In this document: positions 60,435 to 64,000 of the stretch, piece after piece
How positions within the stretch are numbered: position 1 is the first letter of the stretch
Layout of the letters: every line of letters begins with the position of its first letter
From: Macrostomum lignano
Lineage: Eukaryota
DNA: 64,000 bases
Direction of reading: 5' to 3'
Assembly: GCA_002269645.1 (NCBI GenBank)
Contig: NIVC01001664.1
Span: 62,001 to 126,000 of the forward strand
Notes under the pieces: generated by a model
What the model saw: the letters and a program-made list of their open reading frames with translations, nothing else
What the model was told of the DNA's origin: nothing
Database searches by the model: none
Position numbers and translations under genes: made by a program

Positions 60435-60559
60435 TCAATCGTTGCCGTAGATGTCCATGAACATGGTCAGCAATTGGAGGCTGTCATTGTAGGCTTCCTG
60501 CTCCTCCTTGGGCGCAAACTGGCCTTCTTCATCGATCTCGTCTCTCAGGATGTAGCCGT
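60435..60559 (-). CDS. Terminal exon of an uncharacterised gene (YGYILRDEIDEEG...MDIYGND*)
   Basis: Pyrimidine-rich acceptor ..tttcaactcag|. Phase 1 matches the upstream exon. Ends in TGA. Confidence 0.65.
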
Positions 60560-60684
60560 CTGAGTTGAAAGATAGTTGAAAAAGATTGTTCCTCAGCAAA
60601 CTCTAGTTTAATGGGGACAAATAACATTCAATCTTGGCTCCGCTAAGACCCAGCACGCAGCAAATTCAGTTGTCATGTTGTCAA

Positions 60685-61972
60685 TACTGAGCACAGCTGT
60701 TCCATGAGCCATTGACCCTACACACAGCAGACTCGCACTTGTCAGTGTTGAGCACAGCTGCTCCATGACCCACACACAACAGACTCACACTTGTCAGTGT
60801 TGAGCACAGCTGCTCCATGACCCACACACAGCAGACTCACACTTGTCAGTGTTGAGCACAGCTGCTCCATGACCCACACACAGCAGACTCACACTTGTCA
60901 GTGTTGAGCACAGCTGCTCCATGACCCACACACAGCAGACTCACACTTGTCACTGTTGAGCACAGCTGCTCCATGACCCACACACAATAGACTCACACTT
61001 GTCAGTGTTGAGCACAGATGTTCCATGACCCGTTGGCCCTACACACAGCAGACTCGCACTTGTCAGTGCTGAGCACAGCTGCTCCATGACCCACACACAA
61101 TAGACTCACACTTGTCAGTGCTGAGCACAGCTGCTCCATGACCCACACACAGCAGACTCACACTTGTCAGTGCTGAGCACAGCTGCTCCATGACCCACAC
61201 ACAGCAGACTCACACTTGTCAGTGTTGAGCACAGCTGCTCCATGACCCACACACAGCAGACTCACACTTGTCAGTGTTGAGCACAGCTGCTCCATGACCC
61301 ACACACAGCAGACTCACACTTGTCAGTGTTGAGCACAGCTGCTCCATGACCCACACACAGCAGACTCACACTTGTCAGTGTTGAGCACAGCTGCTCCATG
61401 ACCCACACACAGCAGACTCACACTTGTCACTGTTGAGCACAGCTGCTCCATGACCCACACACAATAGACTCACACTTGTCAGTGTTGAGCACAGATGTTC
61501 CATGACCCGTTGGCCCTACACACAGCAGACTCGCACTTGTCAGTGCTGAGCACAGCTGCTCCATGACCCACACACAATAGACTCACACTTGTCAGTGCTG
61601 AGCACAGCTGCTCCATGACCCACACACAGCAGACTCACACTTGTCAGTGTTGAGCACAGCTGTTCCATGACCCACACACAGCAGACTCACACTTGTCAGT
61701 GCTGAGCACAGCTGCTCCATGACCCACACACAGCAGACTCACACTTGTCAGTGTTGAGCACAGCTGTTCCATGACCCACACACAGCAGACTCACACTTGT
61801 CAGTGTTGAGCACAGCTGTTCCATGACCCACACACAGCAGACTCACACTTGTCAGTGCTGAGCACAGCTGCTCCATGACCCACACACAGCAGACTCACAC
61901 TTGTCAGTGTTGAGCACAGCTGCTCCATGACCCATTGACCCTGCACACAGCAGACTCACACTTGTCAGTGCC
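60685..61972. repeat. 52-bp intronic minisatellite whose unit contains the exon end and the GTGAGT donor
   Basis: Unit cacacacagcagactcacacttgtcagtgttgagcacagctgctccatgacc, about 24 copies. Confidence 0.95.
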
Positions 61973-62203
61973 GGGCAGCCTGCCCAGAGCTCTGTTGCAC
62001 TCTCCATCGTCGCCAAAGTACTCCTTCCAAATCTCCACCTTCTCCCCGGCAGGCGGATCCAGCCAGACTGACCGGGACTTGCCGTCGACCGTGAAGCGCT
62101 TCTCGGCGCTCTCTGTCAGCAGGGCTTTCTGTTTTTTCACGGCCGGAGTGCGACCGGCGTTAGAAGCGTAGACTGTGGCGATGAGGCGGCTGTCAGACAT
62201 GAT
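61960..62203 (-). CDS. Internal exon of the uncharacterised gene (IMSDSRLIATV...LPGTDK)
   Basis: ttctag| acceptor, |GTGAGT donor, 244 nt, open frame. Confidence 0.7.
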
Positions 62204-62280
62204 CTAGAAGTGCAGAGGCGGGTTGGATTGCTGAGATTCTGCAGCTGCGCCATTGCATAGGTATTGCCACCGAAGCCTAC

Positions 62281-62392
62281 CTGAAACAGCGTCTTGGCAT
62301 TGTCTGGCAAATCTTGCGGGAAGTTGAACGTTCCTGAATCTGCATTGCCCTTGGGTTTGTCTTTTTTGCTTCTGCCAAAGAGTTGAAACTTT
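62281..62392 (-). CDS. Internal exon of the uncharacterised gene (KFQLFGRSKKDK...KTLFQ)
   Basis: tttttag| acceptor, |GTAGGC donor, phase-0 exit matches the next exon. Confidence 0.65.
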
Positions 62393-62570
62393 CTAAAAAG
62401 ATGGGGAAATTTATTTTAATTGTTGCCTGTAGTTTTAATATGGCAATCATCGAAGTCTGAATATGTAAAGATGTACTATGTGTGCTCGGGTTACAGAGAT
62501 AGCCTAGAGCCCTCTGCGCACTAGCTAACTATTGTAATACTCGTAGATCGAAGACCAAATAGCTGCTTAC

Positions 62571-62795
62571 TTGCTGCTGCCAGAGGCCCCCGCCTTGCCA
62601 GCGCCGCCTGAGCCGCAAGTGTTCTCCCCATTGTCGCCAATCTCGCTTTCCACCGTGTTCCTGCCGCCCAGATCCGCCGCCGCCGCCGCCTTCGTCATGT
62701 CGATTTCGTCGTCCGAGCTGTCGTCGCCGTTTTCAGTTTTGTTTTCATCAGTTTTTCCGCCTTTGTTTGGCCTTTCATAGGGGTTTTTAGCAACT
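62571..62795 (-). CDS. Probable upstream exon of the same gene (..NPYERPNK..DDSSDDEIDM..)
   Basis: Open acidic/Gly-rich frame ending at a |GTAAGC donor. A phase mismatch with the next exon is unresolved. Confidence 0.45.
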
Positions 62796-63222
62796 CAAAA
62801 TATGTTTTGTTATACTAAGGTTAAAGCATTTCTGCTATTTTGTTTTACTAGCTGTACGAGCGTCTATTTATATCTATTTACAGCGTCTTCTTTGTCAGGT
62901 TGGTGGGATGGACAGTAACAGCAGTTTTTTGGCACCTGTCTTGGCGCCCATGGGACTTATTTTGGCGCCGCAGAAGTCCAGAATTATGGCTCCATTTTTA
63001 GTCCATAACTAGCAATCAGCGCCCCCCGTTGGGGAGCCAAAAATGCAGTACAAGTTGTTTTAATAAACTACATGTAGCGTCTCTTTGAATTTTACCCCAG
63101 CAGTCCCTTGTAAGCCTTGACATGTCAGTAATTCCCCCACAAGCCTTAACATTTCAACTCCCCCCTTGACATCTCAGCGATGCCCCCATAAGCCTTGAAA
63201 TCTTAAAAAATCTGTCTACTTT

Positions 63223-63232
63223 CTAACCCTAG

Positions 63233-63268
<36 letters not shown>

Positions 63269-63273
63269 CCCTA
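63223..63273. repeat. Interstitial (CCCTAA)n telomere-type tract
   Basis: About 8 imperfect hexamers. Confidence 0.9.
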
Positions 63274-63427
63274 AAGCATTGACATTTCAGTAATTCTCCC
63301 CAAGAGTCATTATAGCACTACAGCATCATATGATTCTCAAAAGCAAGTACACTTTGTTTCATTGGTTACTGCTAGCGCTTCTTTATTTCTCCACAAGTCT
63401 AAGGTGAGGCAAGGAGGCAGGTCCCTC

Positions 63428-63755
63428 CTATCCCCGCCTTCGCCGACTCCCTTGCCATGGGTTTTTTATCTTCTGATTTAAAAAAGCAGACGGACTAGCA
63501 ATGCTCGCATAGCCGTACTTTTTGCCTGCTCTAGCTGAACTGGCCGAGGGCAGAGGCAGCGACGACTGCGTAGGCAGTTCAAGGGTGCCGCTAGAAGTCG
63601 GTGGCAAAGGTTTGCCCTGCGGAGCGACGGGAAGAGCGCTGTTCACAGGCTCAGGGGGCATCTGAGCTTCAGAGGTCGCTGGTTCGCCTGGTCCTGCCAA
63701 CTGCTGCTGCTGTTGAAGTATCTGCGAATTCTGGGTTTTCTTCTTCCGGGAAAAG
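63428..63755 (-). CDS. Possible Pro/Ser/Gln-rich exon, perhaps of the same uncharacterised gene
   Basis: Strong acceptor gtcttttttcag| followed by an open frame (FSRKKKTQNSQILQQQQQL...). The 3' boundary is unresolved. Confidence 0.4.
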
Positions 63756-64000
63756 CTGAAAAAAGACAAACGTTCATTTTACGTTTGACAGGTTATTTAA
63801 ACAGGTCGGCAGCATCGCAGCTCCTTGAGCTTCAACAAATATCTTGCTTACAAATTCGACTTCTGAAATGGGAAAAAATTCGACAGAGTCACCAATATCA
63901 AGTCTTCTGTCACAGAAATCCTCTAGTCATGATAAAAATTTGATTGGTTACCTACCTTCTTTTCCTTGTTGATAGAAGATGCTTCGTCCGTGCCGCATCG

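Noticed and set aside
277-61972. Regularly spaced repeats as possible CRISPR arrays
   Set aside because: Units are contiguous with no unique spacers, there are no cas genes, and the context is eukaryotic.
48457-63273. Telomere tracts as evidence of a chromosome end or fusion site
   Set aside because: The tracts are only 3-8 units long, interstitial, and embedded in repeated elements.

Overview
Eukaryotic, spliceosomal-intron DNA. The style (a different minisatellite in most introns, GC-rich Ala/Gly-rich exons, TTAGGG repeats) suggests a free-living flatworm such as Macrostomum; this is an inference. The flanks carry conventional genes: intronless METTL26/DUF938 (+), 3-exon RFC3 (+), a multi-exon protocadherin (-) broken by about 5 frameshifts (most in short homopolymers), 3-exon USE1 (+), and the 3' exons of an unrecognised gene (-). 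The centre (about 16.4-44.3 kb) holds the main discovery, a birth-and-death cluster of intronless secreted cationic peptide precursors. Each has an 18-aa signal peptide, an acidic propiece, a KK cleavage site, an Arg/Trp/Tyr-rich mature peptide and a G-K(R) amidation signal. The architecture and an R-[IV]-R-W-R-[RK]-V core recall the Hydra arminin antimicrobial peptides. There are 3 intact copies, 1 copy with a single frameshift, 1 pseudogene and 2 nine-codon stubs. All share one promoter and are rearranged by tandem and inverted duplication. Interspersed are a Crypton tyrosine-recombinase transposon (itself hit by an R1/LOA-like LINE), a THAP/P element with 85-bp TIRs and an 8-bp TSD, MITEs, and Gypsy and RTE fragments. 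There are no rRNA, tRNA or CRISPR features. All coordinates were read by eye and no database searches were run.
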